From assembly GCA_965178125.1 (NCBI GenBank), contig OZ237762.1, forward strand, positions 186,001 through 250,000: 64,000 bases of DNA, written 5' to 3'. Shown here one piece after another: positions 25,690-39,010 of this stretch. A program made the position numbers and the translations under genes. The DNA comes from Bilabrum cf. latius. Its lineage: Eukaryota. The notes beneath the pieces were generated by a model. It was not told where the DNA came from, made no database searches, and saw nothing but the letters and a program-made list of their open reading frames with translations. Within the stretch, counting starts at the first letter, position 1, and every line of letters begins with the position of its first letter.

Positions 25690-28600
25690 TCATCCGAACC
25701 GTGCAATCGGCGATCCCCCAGCCACGGACTACCGACTTTGGCCACTCTTCGATCCTGAGAGCCTGGTTGCGTTGACACTCCGCTATCCCAGAATGCCACC
25801 GCGACCAGTGCCTCGAGCAGATCGACTGCCGGACAGGGGCCTCCCCGCTCTGGTCGCATCTGCCACCTCGACTGAGTCGGTGGCCGAGGCCTCTGGAGCA
25901 GCGCTCTGCACGGCTGCCGAGGCCGATCCCCTGTGCGCCGCATGCGCAGCCAGCCTGCCTCTCGCACGCTGGGACCCTTTGCCCTGGTCACCAGAAGAGC
26001 CAGCCACTTGAGGCGGCTGCGATTGCGCGTCCTCAACGTTGGGAGTGCCCGCGCCATTCACGCCCTTCGACTGCAGCCGATCCACCGCAGTCCGAATGGC
26101 CGCCAAGCCCGCCCCCACGTCTCGCATCCACAGCTGCACGCTGTCCCTCAGCGACCGCAGCTGCCCCTCCGCCCGACGCACCCTCCCACCGAGCCTGGCT
26201 AATTTCTGCTGCACCCCTGCCTGTGGCGTCGCACCCGCGCGGGGCCTGGACCCTCCTCGCGCATCTGGCGAGCCGGTCGATGCTCCATGCTCTGCCACTC
26301 CTTGTTCCTCCAGGGGAGGCGGCACCAGGTATCGCTCCACCACTAGCTCCGTGGCGTCGTCCAGCTCCTCATCGATTGTCTTTGGCTCACCCTCAGCAGT
26401 TGCTGACCTCCCGCCAGCCGCTGTTCGTGACGAAGCACCGTTTCCGGCGCCGGCAGCTGCACTGCTCCCCGACACCACAGCCTCGCTCGAGCTGGCAGTC
26501 GGTGAAGCCGCCCTTGCTGCTCCAAGGCTGGGCAGGCCTCGAGCGGGCCCCAGCACATGGACTCTCAGGTCGCCAGCGGCACCGTCTGGGACACCGTACC
26601 CCTGCCCCACTGCAAACAGTCCGCTGTCGGTGAGTACCACTGCGCATGTGCTGCATGGGACTCGCGCGAATCTACTCTGCGGTTCGCCAAGCTCCCCGTC
26701 CGATGCCGATGCCGCCCCATTCCTCCAAGCCGCATTCAGCGCATCCCAGCCGCACAGGCCAGGCACAACCTCCTGCGAAGGGCAAGCCACAGCCAGGCCC
26801 AGCACCGCAGTGCCCTGCACCCCAGCCTCGGTCTCCTCCAGCCGCCTGGGACACGTCTCCTCCGCGATGGCCCGCCCCTCGGGGCTCAGACCCGGCACCT
26901 CTGGGGCTCCTCGCACGGCGAACGCCCGGCCCCCGACTCTCAGTGAGGCAGCCACCTCGATGCGGCTGGCCGGCCGGAAATACGCCCTCTTGAGGTGTGA
27001 CGAGTCCGGCATGGCTGGGTGCCTCAGCTTGAGCCTCCCATCGGGCCCGTACGATTTCTTGGGCCGCATGGCCAGCGCCGTCTCGAGCGCGGGCTTGGTG
27101 CCGGGTGGAGGCACCACCTCCAGGTCGACGGGCCAGGGGGCCGCGCTGCCGCCCGTGGAGGCCAGCACTCGGAGAACAACGGGCGCGCCCAGGGCCTGTG
27201 AGGAGGTCGGCGACTCTGTGACGGCCCCCGCTGTCGGTGGGGTTGAGGGAACAAAGGGATTCAGTGAAGGCACGAGTGCGCTCTCTCGACCCCCCACGAG
27301 GAAGGGGACCGACAGGTGCCGAACCGCCTTGGCGAACCTTCGTTGGGACTCGGAATCAGATCGGGTCACCCCAGCTCGCCCCTCCCCCGTGCTGCCTGAG
27401 GCCTCCTCGCTGCCGGCACCTCCTTTCCAAGCCCCGACCGGCCACACGGTCTGGCTGGGCACAGGCACCCGGCGGACACCTTCGTGCGCTGCACCCTCGC
27501 ACGCCTCGTGTCTCATGGCCCACAGGCTCACGGCCCCATCGTCCTGACCGCACGCCACCGCCCACCCGTCCATCTCCCTGCCCGTCCAGGCGACGCAGTC
27601 CCGCGGCACAGGCACTGGCACCAGCCGCACCGCCAGAGCGCGGGCACTCCCTGGCAGCCTCCACCGCCTCGATTCCACCCAGCACCCCTGCAGGAAGCGC
27701 CCCTCCCCATCCAGCCGGCAGCACCTGGAGAACAGCGACACGTCCCCCGAGGCAGACGACAGCACGGCCAGGCCGCGCCTCGCCCACCGCGGGCTGGAGC
27801 TGGCGCTGGCTGTGCCCTCCCAGGCAAGGCAAGTGTCCGTTGCGGTGTCCACCGCGAGTACCGCACCGGGAACGCGAGACGACTGCGCGGCGCCGGTGCC
27901 AGCTGCGGAACCGTCCCCGGATGTCTCTAGCGGGGCTTGGGGCGGCTGCGGCCGCGGCGCAGGCAGGGCTGGTCCTGCGGGGTCCGAGACGAGGACGAGC
28001 TGCAGACCGGCTCCGTCATCGATGGCGGCGGATGCACCCGCGGCCACCCCGCCGCCCTGGGGCAAAGCGGGCCGCCCTGGCCGCACGTCGAACTCGAGGG
28101 CGTGCGCCCCCCCCGATGCGACTAGCAGTCGCGTGCCGTCCGGGGAGCAGGTGCCTGGGGGGAGGAAAGCGATGCTGCAGGGATGAGCGCCACTGTGAGC
28201 GATGGAAACGAGCTCTGCTACTCCCGTTGATGGGAGCTGGCTAGACCCGATCAGGACGGGAATCACGCTTCCGAAACGCTCGCTGCCTGTCGGCGACGCT
28301 TTCACCAGTTCAAAGCATGTTAGCCACGCCGGCGACTCTGAAGTCTCGCTGCTTATGACTGCAAGGAGGGGCATAGTACTCGAGGACGACAAAAATCCCC
28401 CTGCCACCGGCCCATGGGGCCCAAAATCTCGTGGAGACGGCGCGAATGCAACCAGTTGTGGCTCTCCAATCAGCCGGGACGCCTTTCGATCGCCACTCCC
28501 CGCCCCGATCTAACACACACAAATGTCTGTAATTAAAGCATCGCCTCCCTTCAGACTTGAGCTGCTCGGCCTCAGTACGGAGAGCGTGACTCCAGTTGCC

Positions 28601-28737
28601 GATGCGACCGCCACGAGGCCAGTTTCGCTGCATACTGCCAGCCTGTTTGCAAGATTGGATGATGCGCCCGCACCAAGCCGCTATTTTACTGTATTTAAGG
28701 CTACTGATGTGGGCTGGATGGGCCTCTGAAGCGACAT
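25690..28737 (-). CDS. Hypothetical protein of about 1015 aa, probably beta-propeller/WD40-like with a C-terminal coiled coil
   Basis: ATG at 28737 to TGA at 25690 through TAGs at 28681, 28510, 25783 and about 25729. WD-like segments LSSASGDVSLF and ACGQDDGAVSLW. Confidence 0.6.
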
Positions 28738-28935
28738 CAAAGCCACAAAAGGCAATACAAATTTGAATTCGCAGTGTCGTTGACGTCGTCTCGGTGTGAC
28801 GACTAGGGCGAGCCTGCGTTTCAGTGACATGATGTCACATTGGCACCGCACTTAGCACGGGCCCCACAAGTCCTACCGCGCGGTCTATCTTAGTCTGCAC
28901 GGTAGACATCAGGCGAGCCGTCTGCCCACTCCCAC

Positions 28936-31574
28936 TCAGTCTCGTCGTCTTCGCTGCCGGCGAGGCCTGCTGCCCGCCCGGCCGCCCCTCCCCTTGTTCA
29001 CCTCGCCCTCGCCTTCATCCTCGTCCTCGTTCCCTTCATCTGCCTCGGAGTGATCCAACCCATCTCTTCCGCCACCCCCTCCTCTAAAATCGCCCCCCAC
29101 GCGCCCGCTTGCGCCCCCGCCCCCCTTCTGCCGCACCCGCCGGCGAGCGCGCAGCACAGACGGCACTCGATCCGGGTCCTGTCCCGCCCACTCCCCCTCC
29201 CCCTCCCCTTTCTCTCTGCCGCCACTGTCATCCCGCACTGTTCCCTGGTCCTAGTCCAGGTCCAGGTCCAGCAGCGACTCATCGCCGCCACCGCTGTGTC
29301 CCCTGCTGGCCGAGAGGAGGTGCCAATAGGCCGCGCACCGCTGCTGCACCTCCTCTGGAGGACCGATCCCGCCTTTGGCCACCCTGCCGCCGGACAGGCA
29401 CACCACCTGGTCTGCCACCTGTGCCGCTTGCTGGATGTGGTGCGACACCAGCACCACCGTGCGATGATTCTCGACAGCCTCCCTCCTCAGCTGCCGTAGC
29501 ATCTCGGCTGCATCGGGCGCGTCATAGCTCGCGTCAGGCTCGTCCACCACCAGAACAGGGGCGTTGGACAGCAGCAGCCGAGCGAATGCCAGCCTCCCTG
29601 CCTCTCCTCCGGACAGCTTCACCCCGGTCGGGCCCATGAGGGTGCCCCACCCCTGCGGCCAGCTGGCACTCACGTCCCGCAGACCCACCTCGTCTGCCAG
29701 CTGTGCCGCTTCGTCCTCCACGAGTTCGGCGCGGGCCAAGCGAAGGTTCTCTAGCGCGGTTGCAACCAGCACGTGGGCGCGCTGCGGGGCGGACGCGATC
29801 AGGCGCCGCGCATCCCTCAGCGGAACCTCCCTGGTGTCGACCCCCCCCACCCTCACCGCCCCCTCCTGGGGGCATCGCATCCCGCTCAGCAGCCCAATGA
29901 GCGTGCTCTTGCCCGCCCCGTTGCCCCCGCACACCAGTGTCACCGTCCCGGGCTCGCACCGAAAAGACACGCCCAGCACCCCCCGCTCGCCCTATGCGGA
30001 CTCGGAGTCACCTTGGTTGTTCCCTGGGCGATGCACGAACCGCGCACCCTCCACCTCAAGCACGACACCCCCCTGTCGGGCGTCCCCTTGCAACCCCCCC
30101 TTCCTCCTCCTCCTCGTCCCCATGCCCTGCACCAGGCCACGCACTCGCCTGGCTGCAGTCCCGTCAGGATCCATGTCTGGACAGCGGGCGCAATGGTCCG
30201 TGCCGGGGCCGGGGCGCAGTGTGACGAGTGCACCCTGCGTGCCATCCTGCTCTTTCCCCATCTCCTCTCCACCTTCTTCCCCGTCCTTCTTCTTCGTCCC
30301 GCCATCCAGGGGTAGGTTCGATCCACCGGTGGACTCGGCCTGCCTCCTCCCGCCCTGCACCTGCCTGCCCTCCTCCAGCATCTCGTGGAGGTGCTGCAGC
30401 ACGCCCATCTGCGCCCCCGCCCCCGCGATGGCCCTCCTGACCCTCCCCATGGGCCCGAACAGCCGGTCCACGTTCCCCCACAGAGCAGAGCAGTCCCCCA
30501 CGGACATGTCCCCTGCCAGCACTCGAGCCCCCGCCATGTACACGCAGGCCAGCAAAGTGCCCGCGTGCACCACCTGCTGCATGGTGGCAGACAGCTGCGT
30601 GGCCGTCCAGCCGGCTGCCTTTGCCTCCTGCTGCTTCCTGAAGGCAGCCCCCACCCGTGCCCTCACCTGATCCTCTCCGCACAGGCCCTTGATAGTGGCC
30701 GCCCCCTGGACCGCGACTGTCAGCAGCTGGGCCTGCCCCACTGAACGGGTGAGCCAGCGGCTCTTCATAACCTGCTCGGCCTGCGCACCCACGTGCAGGA
30801 CCAGCCCATCGGCCAGCACGCCCAGCAGGATGGCCCCGGCCACGTTGGGGAGCCGGTAGCGGACGAGCACTCGGTAGCACGTGTACACGACACCCCCAAC
30901 TGCAGGCAGGACCGTCCACAGCATCGAGTCAACGATGCGGTATCCAGCTGGCAGTGCGCGAGTGACGGTGGCCGCCACGTGACCTGCTTTTCTGGATTCC
31001 AGCCAGTCCGCATCGGACGCGAGGATCCGGTCCAGCAGCTTGCCACCGATGCCCTCCTCGACGACCAGACGGGCGCGGTACTGTAAGTAGTACCTCAGCT
31101 CATCGCACCCTCGCACCAGCACTATACAAAGTCCGTACCAAGCAAACACACTGACAAATTCGCTGTACCTGGCAGCTGCATCTGTGCTGCAGTCCTCGCT
31201 GTTGCAGAGCACGGTGCTCGCCAAGATGTCCAACGCCTGCCCCCTGAGGACCGGCGCATAAAACCTAGAAGCGTACGATGCGATCAGACATATCCAGACG
31301 AATACAATGTATGCGGCAGACTCCTGCATGACGAAAGTGAAGCATGTGCAGTATTCTAATTCATTCAAGCAGCATGCATGCACTCGAAAGCATCTACGCC
31401 CAGGTCAGCGGTACTCACAACTGTGCTTGGTAAAGCATATGGCTGGACAAACTCCCACACAAAGAGCCATGGGACCATCCAAAGCAAAGCAGTTCTGTCT
31501 CGGTTCGAGCGGGACGAACCACCGCAGGAAGGTTCGCGTAGCAGACGGTGCTTATGTGCCTCCGACCCCGTCAT
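28936..31574 (-). CDS. ABC half-transporter (TMD + NBD, ABCB-like)
   Basis: Walker A GGNGAGKST, signature LSGGE, Walker B VLVVDEP and H-loop SH. TM domain upstream in the same frame across TAG 29992; further TAG at 29251; TGA stop. Intron 31418-31324. Start is 31574 or 31478. Confidence 0.8.
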
Positions 31575-34500
31575 CCACAGAATACCCCTGCTAGCCACCA
31601 ATCTGCACCTGGCTGCCCCCCACTCTATCGCCGGCACCAGTGCCGCAGCACGCTCTCCCTATCGAGCCACCCTGCGCGCCTGCCTCCTCCCCTAGAGCAT
31701 CGGCCCCAGCACCACTGCCACTGGCACTGGCATGGCCCTCGAGACCCTCCCGAACCGCAGCAGTGGCTCCTTCTCTGGTGCTGGCGGTGGCATGCGCCTG
31801 GGGCACAGCCGCAAAGACAGGCCCGCTCCACATGGTGCGCCCGGGGTCTGGAGCACCAGAGCCAGCACTGCCACTACCATTGGCACTGCCGCTGTCCCCC
31901 CGCTGGTGCTCGCCGGCCTACAGCCGAGAAGCTTCCGCAACCGCTTCAGTGCCCGCCGCAGCGCCTTCTTCCCTTGTACTTGACTCTGGCTCGTCCTTGC
32001 CCCCCCCCACCAACTCCACAGCAGCTGCATCCCTGCCAGGGTCTGCCCCCGCCCTCCACACGTGGCCCTCCGCCCCTTCCTCCTCCCTATGCTCGTCTCT
32101 TCGCTCCAGCGCCAAATCGACCAAGGGGGAGGCGGGCGCGTACTGCGTCCCAGCCTCTCGGATCGTAAGCACCCGGGGAGATGCGAGCCACAGGGGCAGG
32201 CCGCTATGGCCCTGACTCTGACTCTGACTCTGACCCTGCATGCTAACCTGCCCTGTCTATGGTTGCCAGCCTGTCTCCACACTGCCCATGCCTCTTGCAC
32301 CCGATGATCCCCCCAGCGCACCAGCCTCAGGGGCACCAGCCCACGCCCCGCCTGCTGCACCACTGCTCTCCGCAGCAGCTTGCCGGGGCCGGGGCCCGTC
32401 CCAGCGCCTGTCCAGTCGCACGCACCGCATCTCCCCGAACTTGCCCAGCGCAAACACCGTGCCCCCATGCACGGTGAGCCGCCTGATTCCGTCCCTCTGC
32501 CGCATCAGCCGCAGCCGCCACACGATGCGCCCGCTGGGCACGTGGTAAGCTCGAAGCATCCCGTCGGACCCCCCAGTCAGCAGGCACCGACCCACTGCCC
32601 TGAGGCAAAGCACCTGGTGCCTTCGCGCGGGGTCGCGGAACGTTCGGCGAAGCTCCCCGCCGCAGCCAAAGTAGCTCACCGTGCCGTTCGCTGCACCCGC
32701 GAACACGCCCCTGCACTGCGCCTGCACGGTCCATAAGGGGCCCGAGGGACTGCTCCTGCTGCCTGTTTTCCGGGTCATGACCAGGTCCCATTTTAGAGGG
32801 GCGGTGGGGTGCTGCCTGTCTCCAGGATGATCACCCGGACCTGGAATGGTGGCTGCCACAGAGGAAGAGGAGGAGGAGGAGGCAGGTGTGGGTGACGGGC
32901 TAGGGGAGGTGGGTGTGGTCCTGGTCGGCTGCTCGCTTATACCGTGTCGCGATGTGGATGCGCTCTGCCTCCACCACTTCACCTCCCCATCCATCCCCAC
33001 CGTGACAGCGACGGGCACTCGGGCGCGCCCGTCGCACGGAGTGTACAGCGGTGGGCTGTCTTTGCCTGCGTCCGCGCTGCCCGTCCTCGCGGCACCATGC
33101 TCAATACTCTAGTCCCCCCACGCATCGGGCATCCACGCGAAATCCAGGTCTGTTAGGGCGCCTCGATGGCCGCTGTGTGACTGCCACGCTGTGTGAGCCA
33201 TGTGCGGAGAAACACGAGAACTGGATGTGCTGGATGTGCTGGGGCCGGACTAGGCCTACCTCTATACCTAGGCTGAAGACGAGTCGACCGCGATGGGTGC
33301 TGGTGCCATGGACGGGAGCGATGGGGGAACAGTTGCAGGGGATGCTTGGAATCCGCCGCCCTCCGCGACAAGAGTCCTGCCACTGCCACTGTTGTGCCCA
33401 CCACTGGCATCATCACGTCTCTCAGTGACAAGAGTCCTGCCACTGCCACTGTTGTGCCCACCACTGGCATCATCACGTCTCTCAGTGACAAGAGTCCTGC
33501 CACTGCCACTGTTGTGCCCACCACTGGCATCATCACGTCTCTCAGTGACAAGAGTCCTGCCACTGCCACTGTTGTGCCCACCACTGGCATCATCACGTCT
33601 CTCAGTGACAAGAGTCCTGCCACTGCCACTGTTGTGCCCACCACTGGCATCATCACGTCTCTCAGTGACAAGAGTCCTGCCACTGCCACTGTTGTGCCCA
33701 CCACTGGCATCATCACGTCTCTCAGTGACAAGAGTCCTGCCACTGCCACTGTTGTGCCCACCACTGGCATCATCACGTCTCTCAGTGACAAGAGTCCTGC
33801 CACTGCCACTGTTGTGCCCACCACTGGCATCATCACGTCTCTCAGTGACAAGAGTCCTGCCACTGCCACTGTTGTGCCCACCACTGGCATCATCACGTCT
33901 CTCAGTGACAAGAGTCCTGCCACTGCCACTGTTGTGCCCACCACTGGCATCATCACGTCTCTCAGTGACAAGAGTCCTGCCACTGCCACTGTTGTGCCCA
34001 CCACTGGCATCATCACGTCTCTCAGTGACAAGAGTCCTGCCACTGCCACTGTTGTGCCCACCACTGGCATCATCACGTCTCTCAGTGACAAGAGTCCTGC
34101 CACTGCCACTGTTGTGCCCACCACTGGCATCATCACGTCTCTCAGTGACAAGAGTCCTGCCACTGCCACTGTTGTGCCCACCACTGGCATCATCACGTCT
34201 CTCAGTGACAAGAGTCCTGCCACTGCCACTGTTGTGCCCACCACTGGCATCATCACGTCTCTCAGTGACAAGAGTCCTGCCACTGCCACTGTTGTGCCCA
34301 CCACTGGCATCATCACGTCTCTCAGTGACAAGAGTCCTGCCACTGCCACTGTTGTGCCCACCACTGGCATCATCACGTCTCTCAGTGACAAGAGTCCTGC
34401 CACTGCCACTGTTGTGCCCACCACTGGCATCATCACGTCTCTCAGTGACAAGAGTCCTGCCACTGCCACTGTTGTGCCCACCACTGGCATCATCACGTCT

Positions 34501-36249
34501 CTCAGTGACAAGAGTCCTGCCACTGCCACTGTTGTGCCCACCACTGGCATCATCACGTCTCTCAGTGACAAGAGTCCTGCCACTGCCACTGTTGTGCCCA
34601 CCACTGGCATCATCACGTCTCTCAGTGACAAGAGTCCTGCCACTGCCACTGTTGTGCCCACCACTGGCATCATCACGTCTCTCAGTGACAAGAGTCCTGC
34701 CACTGCCACTGTTGTGCCCACCACTGGCATCATCACGTCTCTCAGTGACAAGAGTCCTGCCACTGCCACTGTTGTGCCCACCACTGGCATCATCACGTCT
34801 CTCAGTGACAAGAGTCCTGCCACTGCCACTGTTGTGCCCACCACTGGCATCATCACGTCTCTCAGTGACAAGAGTCCTGCCACTGCCACTGTTGTGCCCA
34901 CCACTGGCATCATCACGTCTCTCAGTGACAAGAGTCCTGCCACTGCCACTGTTGTGCCCACCACTGGCATCATCACGTCTCTCAGTGACAAGAGTCCTGC
35001 CACTGCCACTGTTGTGCCCACCACTGGCATCATCACGTCTCTCAGTGACAAGAGTCCTGCCACTGCCACTGTTGTGCCCACCACTGGCATCATCACGTCT
35101 CTCAGTGACAAGAGTCCTGCCACTGCCACTGTTGTGCCCACCACTGGCATCATCACGTCTCTCAGTGGAACCAGAGCCGCCCAAGGTGAAAGGGCCCGAT
35201 TTGGAGTTTACCGCGGGCTACTGCTATCGCTGCTTGCCCCCCCGCCCCCGCCCCCGCCCCCGCCCCTTCTCCGTCTCCGCCTCCTGCTGCTGCTTCACGA
35301 CGAGCCCTGCCACGGCCAGGCTGCCGTCCCCGTGCCCCACCAGCAGCTGCGGCTCCGGCTGCTCCCAGCCTGCCGTCCTCGACCCTGCCTCCTTGGGTTG
35401 CGGGCCTATCACTCGCACGGCATACGCGGGCCCGTGCCCCGTGCCCCCTCCCTCCACGGGGCCCCCTGTGCGTGACGAGTGCACCCCCGCGAGGGGTCCC
35501 CTGCGCGGGCCCAGCAGGCGGGTGGCGCTGCGAGCGAGCATGTCAACGCTGAACAAGGCCCCGCTCCAGGTGGTCGCAAGCACGCAGGCCATGCCCGTGG
35601 GGTCTCGCTGCATGTGACGAATGGAACCGCTGCCCAGATCCACCCGGGCGAGCAGCCGCAGACCGCCCGCCTCGTCGCCAGCGACACTCTCGACGCGTGC
35701 GCCGTGCTCGCCCAATGATGACTCCGATGCGGGGCGGCCAGAAGTCATGCGCGTAAACTCTGGACCAGTACTGAGGTATGCTCGCACGGAGCCGTCTGAG
35801 TATCCAACTGCCAGTGCCAGGGGCGTGGGGCGAAGCCTGCGAAGGTCGCTCGGCGAGCACGTCTTGTGGTCCAGGTCAAACCCTACGTAACCGCCGTCTT
35901 GCAAGCCTTGTGATTTCAGACCCATTGCGATCGCAGCAGTTATGCCGCTTCTGCAGGCTTCGGGGAGTGCCACTTCATCTACTGAGCTCGGGCGAACGAG
36001 AACCGCGTCCGCCAAGACTGCTTGCGGAAAGCTCTCGAACGATGCCTGGACCCCCCCACAAGCCTCGCACGACGTAGAGGGCTAAAACCTTTGCATGCAC
36101 CCTGTAAAACTTCTCGAGACCGTAGAGAAAGACACGGCATCTTCGACCTCCAGATAGCTCAGCACGTTGACGAGTATTTCAGTGGAGTACAAGGGATTCG
36201 CAAGCTTCATTGTCAAAGTTCCTCCATTCCTATTGAAGGTATCCTCCAT
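31552..36249 (-). CDS. F-box/WD40-repeat protein, about 1565 aa, containing an in-frame 20-aa repeat x30
   Basis: N-terminal F-box-like PLYSTEILVNVLSYLEVEDAVSFSTVSRSF. WD40-like motifs AVGYSDGSVRAY, SGHRGALTDLDF, TVGMDGEVKWW and LTGGSDGMLRAY. Single frame through about 11 TAGs; TAA at 31552. Confidence 0.75.
33367..35167. repeat. Perfect 60-bp tandem repeat, 30 copies
   Basis: Unit GACAAGAGTCCTGCCACTGCCACTGTTGTGCCCACCACTGGCATCATCACGTCTCTCAGT. Encodes TERRDDASGGHNSGSGRTLV in the F-box gene frame. Confidence 0.97.
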
Positions 36250-36668
36250 ATCAAACCTCAGACACAGTGCTGTGTTGGTGCGCTGTATCTGCCTAGATCT
36301 AAGCTCAGTCAGAAGGAACGCGAAGTGTCACACCACTGCACCTTCTGCACCTGCCCGCAATATAGTAGCAAAATAGATATATGTCTTCGCGATTAGCAGA
36401 TATCACTACAAATTTAACTGCAGGAAACTGCCTTGGAATACTGGCGTCGTGAGGCTGGCCGGTTCCTTGGAATACTGGCGTCGTCACTGCCGATGCGGCA
36501 CCCTCAGCAGGCTGCTGATGCTGCAGTGATGTGCCAGTATCGATGTGGGTCCACCGTCCAGGGTAGCTGTATAGTCACCCAGCCACGTACAGTGCAGTTG
36601 TGGTTTGCTTTGCGATTATTCACAGTACATAAAATCACATCGTACGGACAACCAATCGCCCCGCAAGC

Positions 36669-38405
36669 TCAATCCCGCGACAGGAAGCTAAGCCCCGACA
36701 TGCCGCGCAGCACCTCCTCGTCGAGCACCTGCTCCTTGGAAGCCATGCGAGCCACGCTAGAGGACACCCTGCTATCACTCCTCCCTCCCTCCCGCCCTTG
36801 GTGGCTCTCCTCCATCCACACCCCGCTCACCCGCCCCGTGGAGCTGCCACCATCGTCATCGTCATCGTCAACATCAGGGTCCACCACCCCGGTGCTTTCC
36901 CTGATCGCTGCAGGCACACCTGTTGCCATGCCCCCCGCCCCCACCTGCAGCCCCCCCACAGCACCCCGGTGCACCTCCCCTCCCCCCGCACCGGCACCCG
37001 CCCCCTTCCGCTCCCCCGCTTTCGCCAGCCCGCTGCCCCTCACACCCACACCCACCGCCGCGGGCGAGTCCCTGATCTCCCGGAAGGAGATGTCCACATC
37101 GCTCCTCGTGTGGTGCAGCGGAACCGCCACCTCTCTCGCCCACGGAGCCGCTATGTCCGCGTTCCCCTTGTGTACCTTCATTCCCGCAGCGTCCCCTTGT
37201 GCCCTGGACCCGCTGGGGGCCAAACCCCTGGGCACTTCCTGCCCGGGGCCACCGTCCCTCAGCTGGTCAAAGCACACGATGCAGTCCGCCCGGGGAACAA
37301 CGACCGCATGAAAGCCCCGCGGGTTCTTCTGCCCGTGGTCGCGCTCCCAAAGCACACGCACCGCCCTCGGTGGCCTGTAGGCGTGCTCACCGCCACTCTG
37401 CGACGCCCCCTCGGGGCTGGTGGCACCCGCGCTGCTGCCTGTCGCACCCCCTTCCTCGCCGGGTGGGGTTCTTCGCACCAGCATGCGCTCCACGCTGCGG
37501 CGCCGCAGAAGCGGAACTGGGGCCCCGTGCTGTGTGACGAATGCAGATGGGGGTCGTGGGGTGCCGTCCGTCCCAATTGACAGCGCCGCTTGGGATGCCT
37601 CGGTAAATCGCGGGGCAGTGGATGTTGTCCCCGATGGGGGCGCCTCTGCCTCTGTGATAGGCGGCGCTGCCTCCCGCTCGCCTGAGGTACCCTCTATGCC
37701 CGTACCCGCACCGGTCCCCTTCTCCTTCTCCTTGCCCTTCTCCTTGCCCTTCCCCCCTTGCTGTGCAGCAGCCTCGACTCTGCTTGGTGGGCACTCCATG
37801 AGGACCCCCCTGATGTGCACCATGCCGGCCTTCACCACCAGCATGTGCGACCTGAAATCGATGCGGGTGGATCGGCTGCCCCCGTGCCACGCAGAGCCAC
37901 TCGCCACATGACTCGACTCTGCGGCGGGAACCACGCCCGTGGTGGCTGCTGCAGCGGCAGCACCCGAGGAGGCTCGCTCTGAGCCAGAGGGTGATTGAGA
38001 TGCTCGTTCCGGTGGCCACCCCACTAGATCTGTGATATGAGATGCATTGGAGCACGCCCAGCCGTGGTCTTGTCTTGCAGACCTGTCGACGACCGCCTTG
38101 CCTTCCGAAAGCTCATCTTCGCCCAGGCGTCCCGACCTATCGGACGCACTCTGTGCTGCGGGCCCGTCTTTGCTCTTGGAATCAGATTTTGCAGATAAAC
38201 TGTGAGAAAGTTTCACTGTTGGGTCCCCAGCACCCGCTTCTCGTTTCACCAGCCGCTGGAACTCAGACAGTTCTCGAGCAGATCGAAGGGTGTATTCGTC
38301 ATCGGTTCCCTGATCCTCTTGTGGAGGAAGTAGGCACCCCGTAAATCCTCTAGTAATAGGAACAGCTATCCAGTAATGATGTACCTGCTTTTGGACCGGA
38401 TCCAT
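36669..38405 (-). CDS. Hypothetical protein (578 aa), largely low complexity
   Basis: Long ATG-TGA ORF with the same composition as neighbouring genes; no family recognised. Confidence 0.55.
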   Translation of the reverse strand: MDPVQKQVHHYWIAVPITRGFTGCLLPPQEDQGTDDEYTLRSARELSEFQRLVKREAGAGDPTVKLSHSLSAKSDSKSKDGPAAQSASDRSGRLGEDELSEGKAVVDRSARQDHGWACSNASHITDLVGWPPERASQSPSGSERASSGAAAAAATTGVVPAAESSHVASGSAWHGGSRSTRIDFRSHMLVVKAGMVHIRGVLMECPPSRVEAAAQQGGKGKEKGKEKEKGTGAGTGIEGTSGEREAAPPITEAEAPPSGTTSTAPRFTEASQAALSIGTDGTPRPPSAFVTQHGAPVPLLRRRSVERMLVRRTPPGEEGGATGSSAGATSPEGASQSGGEHAYRPPRAVRVLWERDHGQKNPRGFHAVVVPRADCIVCFDQLRDGGPGQEVPRGLAPSGSRAQGDAAGMKVHKGNADIAAPWAREVAVPLHHTRSDVDISFREIRDSPAAVGVGVRGSGLAKAGERKGAGAGAGGGEVHRGAVGGLQVGAGGMATGVPAAIRESTGVVDPDVDDDDDDGGSSTGRVSGVWMEESHQGREGGRSDSRVSSSVARMASKEQVLDEEVLRGMSGLSFLSRD

Positions 38406-38611
38406 CTAAAATTGAGGTAGTAGACAGCGTTGATGGGCTGCAGATGGTCTCGCGATCAAGTGCAACGAAGCCTTGCGAACGTTCATTTCTGCGGGCTCGG
38501 TTTGCCAATCTCTATTAGGTTGGTGATTTGAGGTGCAGGAGGCCCATACATTGGGTCTCAATACTAGCAATAGGGTCTGCGATAGTATATCTCACTGGTT
38601 TCTGTATTGTA

Positions 38612-39010
38612 ATGGAGAATCCTGCTCTGGACCCATCCCGTCCGATCCCTGACCTGCAAGTGCGTACAGTCCGGGAGCTCAGGTCGGATGAGAAGCTGCT
38701 ATGGATGCGCCGCCTCGTCGTGCTGGACAAAACTGCAGAGTCGAGCACCAAAGAGGGGCTAACGATTTGGAAAGTGCTCGTGGCGGACGAAACAGCGTCG
38801 GTATTCCTGACAGCGTTCCATGATCGTGGCAAAATTCTGTGCCCTGGAGACATCATTGAAGTTAAGTTTGGATTCAGTCAGGTCAGAGGAGGCGAACTTC
38901 GCCTGTACATTGGCAAGCTGGGCCAGCTCATCCGCCACGGCCGCTGCATGGCGCTGTACGACGATTCCATCAACATCTCCGAGACGGGCTCGCTGGTGGA
39001 CGGCCAGTGA
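38612..39010 (+). CDS. NABP: SOSS complex subunit B / hSSB1-like OB-fold ssDNA-binding protein
   Basis: TKEG...VADETASV...PGDII...GF...LYIGKLGQL...G...Y pattern resembles NABP1/2; TGA stop. Confidence 0.75.
   Translation: MENPALDPSRPIPDLQVRTVRELRSDEKLLWMRRLVVLDKTAESSTKEGLTIWKVLVADETASVFLTAFHDRGKILCPGDIIEVKFGFSQVRGGELRLYIGKLGQLIRHGRCMALYDDSINISETGSLVDGQ

Noticed and set aside
19953-35167. CRISPR-like appearance of the 64-bp and 60-bp arrays
   Set aside because: The units are head-to-tail and identical with no unique spacers, there are no cas genes, and the context is eukaryotic.
33153-35617. Mucin-like (SDKSPATATVVPTTGIITSL) or TM-like (MMPVVGTTVAVAGLL) repeat proteins
   Set aside because: Only the TERRDDASGG frame connects to the flanking F-box and WD40 coding sequence; the other frames have no credible flanks.
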